A stretch of DNA of 64,000 nucleotides from Euglena gracilis (Eukaryota). Below the pieces are notes generated by a model. The model made no database searches, was not told where the DNA came from, and saw nothing but the letters and a program-made list of their open reading frames with translations. The position numbers and the translations under genes were made by a program. Positions 35,601 to 50,000 of the stretch are shown piece after piece; position 1 is the first letter of the stretch, and every line of letters begins with the position of its first letter. The stretch covers positions 49,083,847-49,147,846 of the forward strand of contig CP154954.1 of the NCBI GenBank assembly GCA_039621445.1. Direction: 5' to 3'.

Positions 35601-38600
35601 CGCAAGCAACGCAGTCCGGCAAACACCCAGGACTCACACCGCCGGCAGCTCGGACACACCCGGGGACACAGCCGAAAGAAGCAACAGGGGCAGTAAAGGT
35701 CCCGTTCCTATGGTGCTTTTTTGCGTTTTTTTTCCCTTTTGGCCGGCAAGGTCCCGGGGGTTTCGACGTACAAAGTCCATTTTGGTACCCCCCAAAAACA
35801 CCATTTTTGGCCAAAGTCCCGGGGGTCTCCCAGCCAAAAACAGAATTTCGCTCGTTTTTTGCACTCTCTCGTCAACGTGTTTTCAAACCCCCCTGACCTT
35901 CACAGCCGAAACAAAGCAGAATCAAAAAAATCGTAAATTTGCGCAAGTGCGCAAATAAAAAGAAAAAAGCTTAAGTGCGAATTCGGCCGCCTAAGAGGCA
36001 TTAGATGCTGGGCAAGCCCTAGTCACAGAGTGGAGCAGTGTGAACCCCACCATAGGTTCGCTGGGCTTGAAAGGTCCGCCTCCAGCGCCGCCAACGCCGG
36101 AGGGGCCGGGGCGGCACTCTCCGGGGGCGGTGCGGCAGGCAGGTCCTCAGTGGGGTCCCGGGGACGGGCTGGGGTGGTCCGCAGGCTGAACGGGAAGACG
36201 TGAGCTGGCGGGCACAGCCAGGGCTTGACTGACAGGGGAGATCACTGCCAGGAAATAGGAGCGGGGCGGGGGGGGCAACCTGCAACCCTTGCGAATTGGG
36301 CTCCCCTATCTTTTGGCAATGGTTCCTTCCAATGAGGGGTGCATCTGCACAACATTTTTCACATGTGTGAACATTCACGCCGAAGTTGTCACCACACAAG
36401 GCCTCCACTGATCAACAAAGGAGTCACACACTTCCACAACATTCAAGAATATTAGCCGTCCCTTCCGTCAACGCCTGGGCACCGCCCCGACCTGACCACC
36501 GGGTCCGCTGGCCAGGGCTCCCGGGGAGCGGCGGCCAACGGGGACCGGGCCAACGCCGGGCTGCCGGGGGACCCCGGCCGCTTGCTGGAGCCCCCCGAGG
36601 AGACAGGGTTCGGGGGCGCCCCCCTGCCATTGACGGGCACTCAGCCCCCTGCGGCCGCCCAGTGAGCCAAGGGTCAGGATTGAAAGGCGGTGGCCAACGC
36701 CTTTCGGAACAGGCATCGACAACGCGGTGAATGTTAACGTGATCCTGGGCTGACCTTGGACCGACGCATCGTCGCCTCATTGGGGACACCGAAAGGGAGG
36801 GGTGGGATGCAGGAGGGCGGAGAGGGGACCGGGGGCGGGCTCCGTGGGCTGGGTGACGACGTAGCGGGCAGGGGTGGTCCAGCAGTGCAAATGACCTTTC
36901 GGCCAGCAGACGGAAGTGGAACTGCAAAAGGGACCGCCCCATAGCCAAGAATCTTCAGACTCTGGGTATTTTGATGCTGTTGTCGGGATTTGTTCGGATT
37001 TGTCTGGATTGGTCGGGATTTGTCGGGGCTTGTCACCGGAGGTGCTTGCCCGTCGCCAAAAAAGAATAATAATTCCATTCTTTTAACCTTCCCATCCTCA
37101 AACAGGCCATATGATCATGGAAACTGGCTGTGGGAAAGCTGGGCCAGGTGCAGGAAAAGACAGGAGGCTGGTGAACGATGCCATCCTAATGATGGGGCCC
37201 CCCTGGCCGGGGTGCAGCTTGCTGCACTTCTCGCCGAACTTGCACTGCCCCGTCATGGCCCACACGTCACACACCTGCCGGCCGGCCTGGGCCTGCACCG
37301 CCCCGGACAGCTGCCGGTAGTCCGAGAGGTCCGGGTGGGGGAACCGGCACCGGGGAAACTGCCCCCGCCGACCCAAAACAAAAAATACAGCTTTCCCAAA
37401 ATAATAAAGAAATAAATATAATATAATAAAAGATAAATGTATTTTTTTGACAGATCTTGGACATTTTGAGCAATTTTTTCGCCTTCTTGGCCAAGTTTTG
37501 CCACAACGACCATTATTCAGCATCCTTCAACCTGTTTGACCTTTTTCGGGTCTACCGCAAAAGCGGAATCCCAACTTTTAGGTTGCCTCCGCGGAGGCTC
37601 CAGGTAACCAGCCTCCATAGAGGCTCAAGGTAACCAGCCTCCTCGGAGCCATCATCAACTCCAGCATCCTCAGAATAATTACATCAAGGAAAACATGACA
37701 TTGAAACAAAAAAATGTGAGCATTGTGGGAGACTGGAAATCCTTTGATGACCTAAACTGATCCGAAAACTTGGTCAAAAAGACAACAAAAATCCGAAATG
37801 AAAAAGCAACAAAAACAGACCAAAATAATTTGTGTGACCCACACTATTCCAAAAGGATGACCAAGAATGATGAAAATAGCTCCAAAGAAATCGCTCACAT
37901 TGGAGCAAAATAGCCCGAGTTGGCTTGGGGGGCATGGTCAAGGTGGCAGGGTGGGCGTGGGGTGGGATACTTGTGCGGGGGGAGGGTCGGACCATAGGGG
38001 GAGAGGGTCGGACCATACAATTGTTTACAACCCCCCCCCGGGGGGGGGGGGGGGGAGGGGGGTCACTCCACTTTTTTTAAAAACCAGTCAGTCACTCATT
38101 TTCAAAAAACAAGCCAGTCACTACCCCCCCCGGGGGGGGGGGGGTCGGCCACTCAGAAAAACGGCCACTTTCCAGTCACTTTAGGCCATTTTAGGCCAAA
38201 AAAATTTTCCGGCGCCTTCGGCGCCGGGGTCACTCAAGCCACTTTTGCCCACTCCTGGCCGACCCCCCCCGGGGGGGGGAGGGGTCCGGGCCAAAAACAA
38301 GTCAGTCACTCTGAAAAAACCAGTCACCCACCCCCCCGGGGGGGGGGGGGGGGGGGTCGGTCAGTGCTTAAGCAATTGCCTGGGTCGGACCCCCTCCGTC
38401 TGCAAAAAAAAAATACGGAGCAAAGTGCAAAGTGGCGGGAATTTTTTGCCCCCCCCCCTCGGGGTCCAATGGATGGGAGGACTGGGACCCCCCATCCCAC
38501 CCCATCCCGTTCGGGAACCCCCAAAGTTTTTTCCGGCCCTTTGTACCAGGGAAGGTCAACAATTTTGGTACATGATTTGACCGATTTTTCGAAAAAGAAA

Positions 38601-39263
38601 GTGGGCAAAAAAGAAATTTGCAGAAGAAATCCCCTGCAGCCGAAATAGCTTCAGCTACAAAATAGGTGAGGCCGTTGGCCCCAGACCAGTCAGTGTTTGA
38701 GCGGCATCAAGGGGATGTCCTTAGTTACGAAACATCCCTGAAGTACTCCCCCGACCCCAGGGGGGAGGGGGGTCACTCCACTTTTCAAAAAATCAGCACT
38801 TTTTTTGGGAAACCAGTCAGCCACCACCACCCCTGGGGGGGGGGGGGCGGCCATTCTGGAATCCAAAGGAAATTTGACCAAAAACATGACAAAAAGGGCC
38901 CAAAAAATTGTTCGGGCGCCGGGTCACTTTAGTGGTTTTTTGCCGACCCCCCCCCCCGGGGAGGGGGTCCAGGCCAATCAGCCACTCCGAAAACCAGTCA
39001 GTCACTCTGAAAAAACCTGGGGGGGGGGGTCGACTCAGCGATTGTCTGGCCTGGGGAACCGCACCACACCAGGTGGGGGCAGGCCGGCGTCGCACGCAGC
39101 GGCCCTTCAGGTAATCGAGGCACACACGGCGGTTCTCCGCCTTGTCCTCCACCTCCTGCCGCGGCTTCGCGTCCCTCAGCCCGGACGGCTGGCGGCCGGC
39201 ATCGGACGGCCCATTGCCATCCAGGTGGATGAGGGAAGTCGCGGGGTAGGCTGGGATGCGCAT
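32604..39263 (-). pseudogene. Tandem CCCH zinc-finger protein, paralog B (fingers intact, C-terminal half apparently disrupted)
   Basis: ATG at 39263 (MRIPAYP). Exons: 39263-39086, 37351-~37150, ~36950-36750, ~36670-36455, ~36240-36058, ~32762-32604 (LLDLLRSLNVAAC*). In-frame TGA at 32751-32753 where paralog C has CGA. TGA at 36641-36643 plus one extra G where C has TGG. Confidence 0.55.
33020..35995. mobile_element. 3-kb TIR element inside the last intron of paralog B
   Basis: 26-bp perfect TIR CTTAGGCGGCCGAATTCGCACTTAAG. Direct flank AGGCA (or AGAGGCAYT if the ends are 2 nt shorter). Many GCGCATTTGCGCAAATGCGC palindromes inside. A solo end lies near 31040. Confidence 0.85.
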
Positions 39264-39817
39264 GACTGCGGAGGACCTGTGAGGTGGGGTGGGGGCACCG
39301 TACAGCAAGTCCCAAGACATGCATATACTGCATACATACATGCACACATACATACAAGTAGTATAAGACATGGAAGACAAACACGACACACAAAGCACAC
39401 AGCCCAAGACGGCGGCCCCAGAACAACGCTGAGCTCCGATCTGGGTTCAATCCCCCGGATCAACCCCAGAACCTCAGGTTTGTGTTTTCCTCTGGCGAAG
39501 ATCTGCGCCTCTTGAAGACATCACAGCGTGGGTACTTGCAACACCCTGGAGTGTCCAACCCCCCCCCCCCGGTCAAAACCTCACCCACGTCACCCGCCAG
39601 ACGTGACTTCCCCATCCTCAGGGGGAAGGGGGGTATCAAGAGTGAAGGAATTTGGGCGCCTCTCGTCGGGTGAAATTTCTGCAAAAACGGTGCCACATTT
39701 GCCAGCAAATGCAAATCGCCCATGAAAACCTTTGCCTCCGGGTGTCCACAGGGTCAGGGGGGGGGGCGACCCCTTCCCTTTGGTCAAGGGGATCCCCCCA
39801 ACTACTCGCTTAGTGAC

Positions 39818-39849
<32 letters not shown>

Positions 39850-40120
39850 CTCCACGGGAACCACGCCAACCACGTGCATGTTTCACAGCGCCAGAATTGA
39901 GCCAGAGTTGCTCACCCGGCCAGAGCACTGGTGTAAGGGGTCCCTGGCCATTCACCACACAAACTGGGACCGGCCATAAACAGGCGAGAAATCTGAGTGC
40001 AACTGAGGGGGGGGGTCCAGCTCAGAGGCTGGAAAATTGGGGCTGGCGGGAAAAGGCTGTTGGCTGACCCTCCAGGGCTGTACGCCTGGCGGGGGGAGTC
40101 GACCCTCCTCACCCCGGACG

Positions 40121-40669
40121 TGTCCAGTATCTGCATCCACTTTATTTTGTCCAGTATCTGCATCTTGTCCAGTATCTCCATCTTGTCCGCATCTGCATCT
40201 TGTCCAATATCTGCACTTCCAACCTGGCAAAAATCACCACCAAAGCCCAAAAATGACCACACAAAGCCCCAAAAAGCAACCAAAATAACTTGTGATGACT
40301 TGAAATAACCAAAACAGCCCAAAAATGTCCAACAATGCCCACAAAAGATTGTGAAAAATGACCCAAAATCACCGAAATTGCACAAAATGGCCAAAAATGA
40401 CATAAACATGCTCATGTTGACCCAAATTGGCCCAATATGTGCTCAAAGCATCACAAAATGCCCCCCAAACCAGCGAAAAATTACTCCAAAATGGCAAAGA
40501 TGGGTGCAATATTAGAAATTTGTGGAAATGATTGCTTATTTATCTGAAAATGGGTTTGATTCTTCAATACATACGAAAAATGCCAGCATCGCCCAGCATT
40601 GGAACCCCAGATCTGGTCTCCAAAAATCCAGCATCACCCAGCATCGCCCAGCATCAGCAGACGTACTTG
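40121..40669. mobile_element. Diverged, truncated right part of the CAAGCACCTCTG element family
   Basis: 18-mer array, then CCAAAA-rich tract, then CAGCATCGCC repeats, ending CAGACGTACTTG (compare CAGAGGTGCTTG). Confidence 0.75.
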
Positions 40670-43600
40670 CCCGGGGAGTAGCCCAGCCCGGCTGGATCGA
40701 CCCCACCCACCCACCCACCACAGCACCCGCGCAAGGACGAGCACCCTCGGCGCCGATTTGTTTCCTTGCAGACAACCATCGTTATTCCTTTTGGCCACCT
40801 CCTAACAAAGACGAACAATTTTTCAGAGTCACCTCAGTGGACTCCACTGTAGTCCACCCCCTGTGGTTGGTGGGAGAGGGGTGTTTCTAAGACCCCAGGG
40901 TTCAGGAGGGTGCGCAGGGAAGGATGGGAAGCCTTGAGAGGGGGGGGTCGGACCCCCCTCCCAACACGGAGGGGGGGGGGTCGGACCCCCCCCTCATACC
41001 TCGAAACTGAGGGGGGGAGGGCCGAAAATTTTTCGATTTCATGCAAAGGGCCGGAAATCGGGTCGAAACCGGTCAAAAATCCCTGATTTTTCTTTGAAAA
41101 TGTATCCAAAATGCTCATTTTTTGAATTTTTTGAACATTTTTTGGGGGGAAAACACCAACACATCAAAAAATGGGCAATATGGCCAAAAGTCAGCAAAAG
41201 GGGTGTTTTTGTTCATTTTCCGGCGCACAGCGCCGGAAGAAAATTTTCTGCTATTTTTGGCACCTGTCAAGGAGGGGGGGTGGGGGGTCCAGACCCCAGT
41301 CCCAACATCTAGGGGGGGGGGGGTGGTCGGGACCCTCCCCCCCTTACCACCTACCTCAATACCGAAGGGCTTCCCATCCATCCCTGAGGGTGAGTGCGTC
41401 TTCAATCCCCTGTCATTCAGACCCACAAAATTGGAGGGAGGACAGAAATGGGCAAAGGGGCAAAAATTCCAAACGTTGCCTGCCACTGGACAACCTATCA
41501 CCACGGGAGCGGTGGTCTTTGATTCATCAATTTGAATTGTGAGGGAGAGGTAGGCACGCAAGGCAAATACAAACTGTGGGATGGGATTCAGTGCTGCGCG
41601 GATATAGGCACAGGCAGCGTCCACAATCTGCTGTCTGCTGGGGAAGCAGCGAGGGAAGGCCTGAACAGGGGTCGGAAAGGGTTGGTTTTGAATTTTGACC
41701 GATTTCAATAAAATGAGAATGGTTGCACCAAATACATGCAAATACCGAATTACTACGGTGTCTTTTGTTGGCATAGTCATTATGATAGTCACCGCCTTCG
41801 ACCGGCTATCCACCTTCCACCCCTCGGGGTTCGTGCACAGTGTTCTATTTTTTGTTACTATTTTTCTAAAGAAAATTCAATTCAGCACAGCAGAGCCTCA
41901 GCAGGCAAAGAGCGGAGGGGATAAACCCAGCAAAAAAAAAACATTTTTTTTGCATATTATCCATTTTGGGTCTTGGGGCAACAAATAAAAACAAGAACAT
42001 CACATTTGCGCTTTTGAAGAAATTCTGAGTTGAAAAACATTTTCTAAAATACCATATTTTCTGCTGACCAATTTCGAAATTGAGGTGGGGTACCACCAAC
42101 CCCTCACCCCACATCGTCAAGGCAGTTGATGTTCAGGACTTGCTCTGGGGTGAGGCGAAACCGTTACATCCCTGGTGGGATGTGAAGTGGGCAGGGCCGT
42201 GGGAGCGGGCCCTGATCTCCGCGGGGGGGGGGGGGCAGCGCCTGTCGGCAATGCCGAGGCCCAAAGAAGCGTGCAGCCGGGGGCCGCGCAATGGGAATGG
42301 AATCACTGCGGCAGAGAGAGGGCTTGGGGAGGCACGGGAGGGGTCCACCGCCCAGGAAGGCCAGGGATTTGGGAAGCTGAGGGGTGGATTTGAATCAATT
42401 TTTGCAAAAAAAAAATTGCAAAAAAATGAGCTGGGCAGCCGACGTTCTCCGCGTTTAGTGCCAGCCAGACCTAAAATCCCCGACCACAAACGAAACCCAC
42501 CGTTGAGGCTGGAAGAAAGCTGCTGGCTGGCCGGAGTTCCCTCTGGCTTCAATGCCGCCACGGAGGCACACTGGTACCGAAGAGGAAGAATGCTTTGGCG
42601 TTTCCTGAAACTGTGTTGATGGGCGATGCATATGACGACTTTGAACACTTACACCCACACGTCTGATAGTGCCTCCCTCTCTGGTGGGGTCAACAACCCT
42701 CCACGGGGTTCAGAGCACAACCGAATGCCTCTCTAGGGTTCTTTGTTAGCTGTAGGTGCTGCTCTGAACCCATCGGATTGAGGATTAGTGGGCGAAGCAT
42801 CGCACGGAGCAGAGGTGGGTTCGACCAGCCACCGCAGCAGCGGAAAAAGGATGGTTGCAAACCTCCACTCTCAACAACTCGAGGGCAACAGGACAGGATT
42901 GGCTCACTGGCCAGAAAGCAAAACTTTACAGAAGCGGGAAAAAAGACGTTATTCAAATTTATAAATTCATAAATTTATGGAATAATTGATAAGGTAGTTT
43001 CGTGTTGCCAAACTTCCTCCCAAATCATTGAGGGGTTTAAATCAATGGAAAATGGAAAAAAAATATGAAATCGGGTATCCCCCCCAGAAATTGTCACCTT
43101 TTGTGCACGACAAATCAGCCAATACAAGAAGAAAATCAGCAACTTGCTGGATGTGTGACAACCATGGGGGGGGGGGGGGTGGCATATTTTCAGTGGTTTC
43201 AATTTCGTTTGATATTGTTTGTGTAGCAGATAAGTGGAGGCCACCACAAGCAAGTCAGATGACGGGTCAATCTGGGACCGCACAAACAGTCGCAGAGGGA
43301 GGGTTTGCTGGCAGTCCAGCCCAAAGGGCTGACTGCCGCAAATGAAACCGAAAGTTAGGCAGGGACCCTGACTTAGCCTGGTGGTGTGTGGACCTGCGGG
43401 TCCGGCTGGCAAAAAAGTGCCTGACCTGATCATAGAATCCATCTTGAGAAATTCCGGAAAAGGCACTGGATTCAAAACGGTGTTATGAAAAAAATCACCC
43501 ACGTTGGGATTCTTGATTGTTTTCCTGTTGGATTGGATGTTGGAAATTACGTGGTAACACAGAAGAAAATACAGGAGCTATGCGGCCTGCATAATATCTT

Positions 43601-44062
43601 GTCCATTTTGCCTGCAGTATCATAAGACACAGACGCCTGATACTTTGGATCCCTGCATATATCCATCCATTCATTCCCCCATCAATAATGCTTTGCCTGC
43701 CGGTGGGGCTGCCCATCTTTGTGCAGGTTGATGCACAAATGAAAGGTGTACACTTGCATCGCGTGCCGTCCTGTCATCAATGTGGGCAGCACCATCTTTG
43801 GGACTCATCAGTGCGCAGATTGTACAGTAGAGTACCGCCCATGCTGTCAAATTTGGCAACGCAAGGAAAGGTGCAGCCACTATAACGCATAGAATGGCTC
43901 CGGAAAGGAGCATCACCAGAGTTGGGGGGGGGGCACCAATACCACGCTGTCCGCCCCCGCCGCTACCCGGTGAGATGCTCCATCCCGTGCAGTGCCAGGG
44001 GTCATTTACAAGCCAGGGACCCCGGGTCACCCACCTGAACGAGCGCCTGGTGTGCGGTCGGC

Positions 44063-47000
44063 TCAACAGACAGGGACGTTAAGAGCTCGCAGCATGTCCA
44101 GCAGAGGTTCAGACCAGGGCTTCGCTTTTACACCCACCTCCTCGGGAGTCTGATTGAGAGGCTCGCTCCTAAAGTCAGGCAATCAGAAATTTGGGTGGCT
44201 GGAAAAGGCATCTGGAAGCCCCATTTGGATCCCAGAGGTGGGACTTGGTTAAGAGCTCGCGTTGGACCAAACGCAGAAAAAAAATTTTGAATGCAAAAAA
44301 TGCAAAAAAAGGAGACCTCAGTGAGCAGCAAACTGTAAACGTCGCCCAAAAAAATGTCAGACCCAAAAGCTGAGATATACCTTTGAACAGGCATTTTTTA
44401 AGGCGCCTTAGAACCCTTAAATTTCTGGAAAAAAATTCGCCAAAATGACTTACCTTAAAACATTAAAAAACCTTACAAAAATCTTAAAATATCGTTCTAG
44501 AAAATTTCAGAATTTTGAACAAAAAAGAAATCGCAAAATCTCGGCAAAAACAGGCCAACTCTGGGTGAAAAATGACATCTGGCAATACCCCCTGGTCAAG
44601 CTTCGGCTTCAGGGAAGCCCTGGCTGCAGGCTGTCCGGCAGTGCAGGAGGAGCAGGGACAGGCTCCAGCAGGGCGAAATTCCCGAAGGCGTTGCGGGCTT
44701 GGCAGCAGCGACCCTCCCCCTCACCCAGGCCCGGGCCAGGGTGGCTCCACCGCTCCACCACGCCCCCCAACTTCGGCCGGCCGGCCACTCGTCCTTTCGC
44801 GCCGCCCGACGCCGGCCCTGGTTCAAATTGATGGCCCATGAAAAAGCCACGGAAAGAAGCCACCACCAAAGGTCCAGTTGGAAATGACTGGCAGGGAGGT
44901 TCAGGGGCCCATGTGGGGTACTGCGCCATAGCAAACTTCGCCAAAAACGCTTTTAAAAAAACCAGAAATATATCAGAAATCCTCCAGCATCGGGACAAAG
45001 CGTTGTATTAAAGAAAGGGGGGGTTTGCAGACGAAAGTTTGTGGAAAAGGTTGTGGATTCCCATCAGGGACATGCTCAACAATGCACACTGGGGACATGC
45101 AGGGCTGTAGTGAAAATGGTGAAGGCCAAACCCCACTGGAAGGCACCGAAAGCAAACATTGACCTAACACTAAGGATAAGGTTGGGAGAGGGTACCTCCC
45201 CCCCCTTGTCGTTGACACACCAATGTTCCAGGAAAGTGCCGTTGACACGGGGGGGGGGGGTGTCAGCGACACGCAGTGTCAACGACAAGGGGGGGGGGGG
45301 GGTAACGTCGCGTATTTTCTTTTTGCACCCAGGGTTCACCACACCCACCCAGCCTGGCACAGCACTTCCACCCTTCCAAAGCCATTCAGTCGTTTTTTTC
45401 AGAAGACCGGGGGGGGGGGGGGGTGGCGACTCTGGGCTCCATGGATAAATCACCACAAATGCGATGAAAAAGAGCAAAAAATGAAGGCGTGGATCACTTT
45501 GGTTTCTCCCCACCCCACCTCCCGTGGGGTTCGGGCCCAAAACCAACCAGGTACTCTGAAAACAGCCCAGTCAATCAGCCACAATGGGGCGGACGACTGG
45601 TGTCCAAATGACTGTATGGTCTCAATTTTCAAAAAAAAAAAGTCTTGCATTTCACGTTGAAACCAGTCAATTTTTTAAGCACTGCCCCCCCCCCCCCCCG
45701 GGGTGACTGACTGCTTTTTTTCAGAGTGACTGACTGGGTTTGGGCCCGGCCGCCCCCTGGGGGGGGGGGGGGGTCGGCCAGGGGTGGGCAAAAGTGGCCT
45801 AAAATGGCCTAAAGTGACTGGAAAGTGGCTGGTTTTCCTGGGTGGCCGACCCAGGGGGGGGGGAGGTAGTGACTGTACCCGGGGGGGGGGGGTAGTGACT
45901 GACTGGCTTCCCAAAAAAAGTGACTGACTGGTTTTTCAAAAAGTGGAGTAACCCCCCCCCGGGGGTCGGTAAAAAATTGTATGGTTGAAACCACAGGGCA
46001 TTAAAGACCACGGTCCCAATGGTTTGGGTTGCCCTCACCTGCAGCCAAAGAGCTAACCCTCTAACTTTTTCCCCAAAAACTCCGAAACCAGGCATTTTGG
46101 CAGGTTTTGGGTGTCCCCCCCCCCACTTTGGGAAATTAGGGGGCTGCTGGACTGGCCAGGTCCGCGTCCAGGTCTGCCAACGCCGGCTGTACTGGAACCC
46201 CCGTCTCAGGGGGTGGCGAGGTGGAAAGACACACACAGCTGCTGAGATTCACGGTGGAGGGCGAGGGGGAGAAGAAAAGAGGCATTCGCCAATTTTCATT
46301 TTTTTTTTGAGAAACCTGCCAGTTATTTTCTGACTGAGGGGATGACTGCAAGGGATGACTGCAGGGAGGTCGTGGGGGGAAAAAGTGGATCACAGAGTCC
46401 AAACAAGAACTTACTATTTGAAGGAAGTGACGGGCTTCTGGTCAGGAGAAACCAGTCGACACCTCCGCAAACCAGGCTGGCGTTGAAGACAGGGCGTTTT
46501 GCTCAGAGACCCCAGGGGTCCAGCTCAAAAAGCTGGATAAATTGGGCTGGCTGGAAAAAGGCAACTAACTGGCTGACCCATGAGGTCCCAGGTTTGAACC
46601 GAGTAAAAAAAAAATCGAAACTGCAAAAATGTTCAAAAACTTGATTGTCGGGGGGGGGGGTTGATATCGAAGGCCTTGGGGAAAATTGCAGGAAAATTGT
46701 GAAAAATTTGCAGAAATTGCAGCAAGATTGTGGAAAAAAAGGTGACGGGAATGGAACACATTTCTGCTGGAGGGACTTTTAAATTTTCACAAATTTGGTC
46801 ATTTGCAATGTAGGTAAGTTTTGAGACATTTTCAAAATGTTTAAAGTTGACTTGGCAGACTTGCAACAAAATAACACCTGGGCTCCCTGATGAAACGTTC
46901 AAGGAATGGCCGGAACTCATTTCGCCTTCCATCTCAGGTTCATGCGGAAAAATTACGGAAAGGGTAAAAAATGCGGCAAAAATGCGGAAATTGCAAAACG

Positions 47001-50000
47001 TGTTCTAACCCGCACCCTGCTTTATTCAGCTCACTCATTATGAATCCGGGAACAGACTGCCCAACCACATGGCATCGAAACTGCGGAAAAATTGCGGGTA
47101 TTAACTACCTGCCCCCCCCCCTTGTCGTACGACCGGGTTCCTGCAACCTGTGACCGGGGGGGGGGGTCATAACACCCCTATAACCTGAAACCTGTGACCG
47201 GGGGGTGGTCGTAAATGGGGGGGCAGTCTTTGGTAAGGTGGTGTTAAAATTTTTGCAACCTCAACCTGTGACCAGGGGGGGTGGTCATAACACCCCCATG
47301 ACCTGCAACCTGTGACCGGGGGGTGGTCGTAAATGAGGGGTGGTCGTACGACAGGGGGGGGGGGGTAAGTTGACCTTTTGACCAAAATTTGCCCTGGTCA
47401 GCCAGCCCAATGAAATCAAATAATTCAAACTCGTCCATGGGGGAGAATCGGGTCGGGGGTTGGAAAAACTGCTGGCTGGCTGGCTGGGTGGACCCCCCGG
47501 GGGGGTCAAATTTCTTTTAAGCAGCACCCTGGTTGCAGAAACCAACCTGAAGAATGACAATGATGATCCAAGGCAACAGTGTGGGTGGGATTGGGTCACA
47601 AGGGGCTGGCGCCGTGGATGCTGGGCGCAGGCTGAAGGGGTGGACATGGGCCGGGCAGGGTCAGGCGCTGACGGGCTGCACGAGTTGGGCGAAGCTGGAA
47701 GGGGGGAGGCCCACAGATTGATTCAAAAACCCAGCGAGAGGAGGTTCTTCAAAAAAAAACCTGCTCGCCAACCTTCTTTAGGGAAAACAAAACTGACCAT
47801 CCAGGACAACACCCACAAATTGGCCCCAAATCGTCAAAATGGTTGTCAGGGGAATGGTTCATTTCCCTGACCACACAGCTTTGCATTTCGCGCAAAAGAA
47901 GCCGCACGCCCAACCCCCCCCCCCGGCACACCGGCGGCCTTCGTCAGCGCCCGGGCGCCGCACCGCCATCGGGATCGGCGGCGGCTCCGACGGCGGGGCG
48001 AGCGATGGCCGGGCCACCGAGCCGGCGGCCCCCGGGGGGTTGGAGGTGGGGAGAAGGGGCCACTGGGGCGGGGCGGCCGGCGAACGGGCGGGGTGCGGAG
48101 GCACCCTGCGGCGACTCGGGTTGCGACGGGTGGCCCGCCCGGCGTTGGGACAGAGGGGCTGACCACGGCAGCTGACAGCTGCCAAGGTGTGGCACTTGCG
48201 GAAATGCCTGGCGGGGTGCCAGGTTATTGGAAGCAACTTTTGGCCCCGCCCCCCCCCCCCGCCAGGCTATTTGGGCCACTTTTTCAGCGCCGTAAAGGAA
48301 TTTTGCGGACCTCGCCGAGTTGCTGGAACCATCTTTTTTGCCCCTCCCCCCGCCAAGTCATTCGGCCCCCACCAGGAGCAAGGACCCCGCCAGGTTATTT
48401 GGGGGGGTTTACGTCCAGATGTGAATGGCATGTGAATTTCCATGCAGACGTGGATACATGTTTAACTCCTGATACACGTCAGCCAACCTAACCTGATTGC
48501 TTGCGATGGCTAAACCCTGACCCTCCCCCACAAACAGAAGCACGGTTTCACTTCGACTTGGACCCAAACTGTGCAATTTTTGCGGATTTCTTTGCAAATT
48601 CCAACCAGATGAGTGTGCTATAGAAGCAGGAGAGTGCTTTTATTTGGAACCTACGCTTGTGGCGACCCCGCGGCTACATGGGGGGGTTACACCTGGTTAG
48701 AAAAAATAGAAACAAACAGACAGACAGACAAGTTTCTTTTCTGGGGCTGACTTGCCATCCCAGGTGCAAGGTTCATCAGTGGCACGAAATGTGGGGCGAA
48801 ACGTCGCCCTGGATTCACACACCATACCACCACCCCCTCCAGTTTTGAATAATCCCCAATTTTGGGGGGTTCATTTAGGTGGTTGGGGTTTGGTTAGGTG
48901 GTAAGGGGTATTTTTCCCCCTCCCCAAAATGATGAAAACATCGTAAAGATCATTTTTGACTCTCTAACTCCAATCTCACACAATGTGTTTTCAATCGGAG
49001 AAGGACAGAAGAAGCAGGGTGGACAGAGGACCACAGAAGACCTCCACTGGCGGCGGGGGCTGGGGTTGGGAGATGACGTACCCAGCAGGGGCTCACAACC
49101 GCAACAAGACTGTGCCACCGCATGACAAAAATGTTCTTGACACACGTTGCCGCCCAAGGTAGAGAGGCAGGTGGACGCAGAGGGCCCCTGGCCGGGGTGC
49201 AGCTTGCTGCACTTCGGGCCGAACTTGCACTGCCCCGTCATGGCCCACACCTCACACACATAGATTCGCTTGGCTTGGTGACCCCCCCCACCGGGGACTT
49301 TTCTTGCCCCAAACCCATCCACCAACCTTTTTTCGAAAGCCCTCCCCCCCACGACCCCCCCCCCCCGGGGTCAACCACCCAGCCACCAGCCAAAATTGGC
49401 CGAAAACGCTGAAAAAATTGCCTTGCAAAAACCTGTGAAAATTGGCCGTGCCAAAACCCGACCCATATTCCCCCCCGGGGGAGGGGTCCAGAGGCCACAA
49501 CTCACCCATCCGACCTCCCCGTTAAGTGACTCTATGCTCACACACCTGCCGGCCAGCCTGGGCCTGCACCGCCCCGGACAGCTGCCGGTAGTCCGAGAGG
49601 TCCGGGTGGGCGAACCGGCACCGGCGCCGCTGCCTCCGCCTCCCCCCCCATCCGCCAGGTACACAAAAAGATATGTGAAAAGCACAAAAACACACAAAAG
49701 TTATCACAATGGCGGTCCCAGTGGACAAAATCAAATCTTTCCCCAAAAAAACCAAAATGCGAAAAAAGGGGGAACACTTTAATGTGAGACCATTTGTTTC
49801 AGTTTGTAAAATATTGAGATCAAAAATGAACGCAAAAAAAAAAAAATAGGCCAAGATGGGCCTCCCTCCAGAAAAACTAATGGTCATGCCGCTCCTCTAT
49901 TTGTCCATTTTTTTTGAAAATGGTTCCCACAGGGGATGTGGAAAAAATGGATGGGAATGAAGAATCGCAAAAAAAAACAACCAGGCCCGGCACCACTTCA

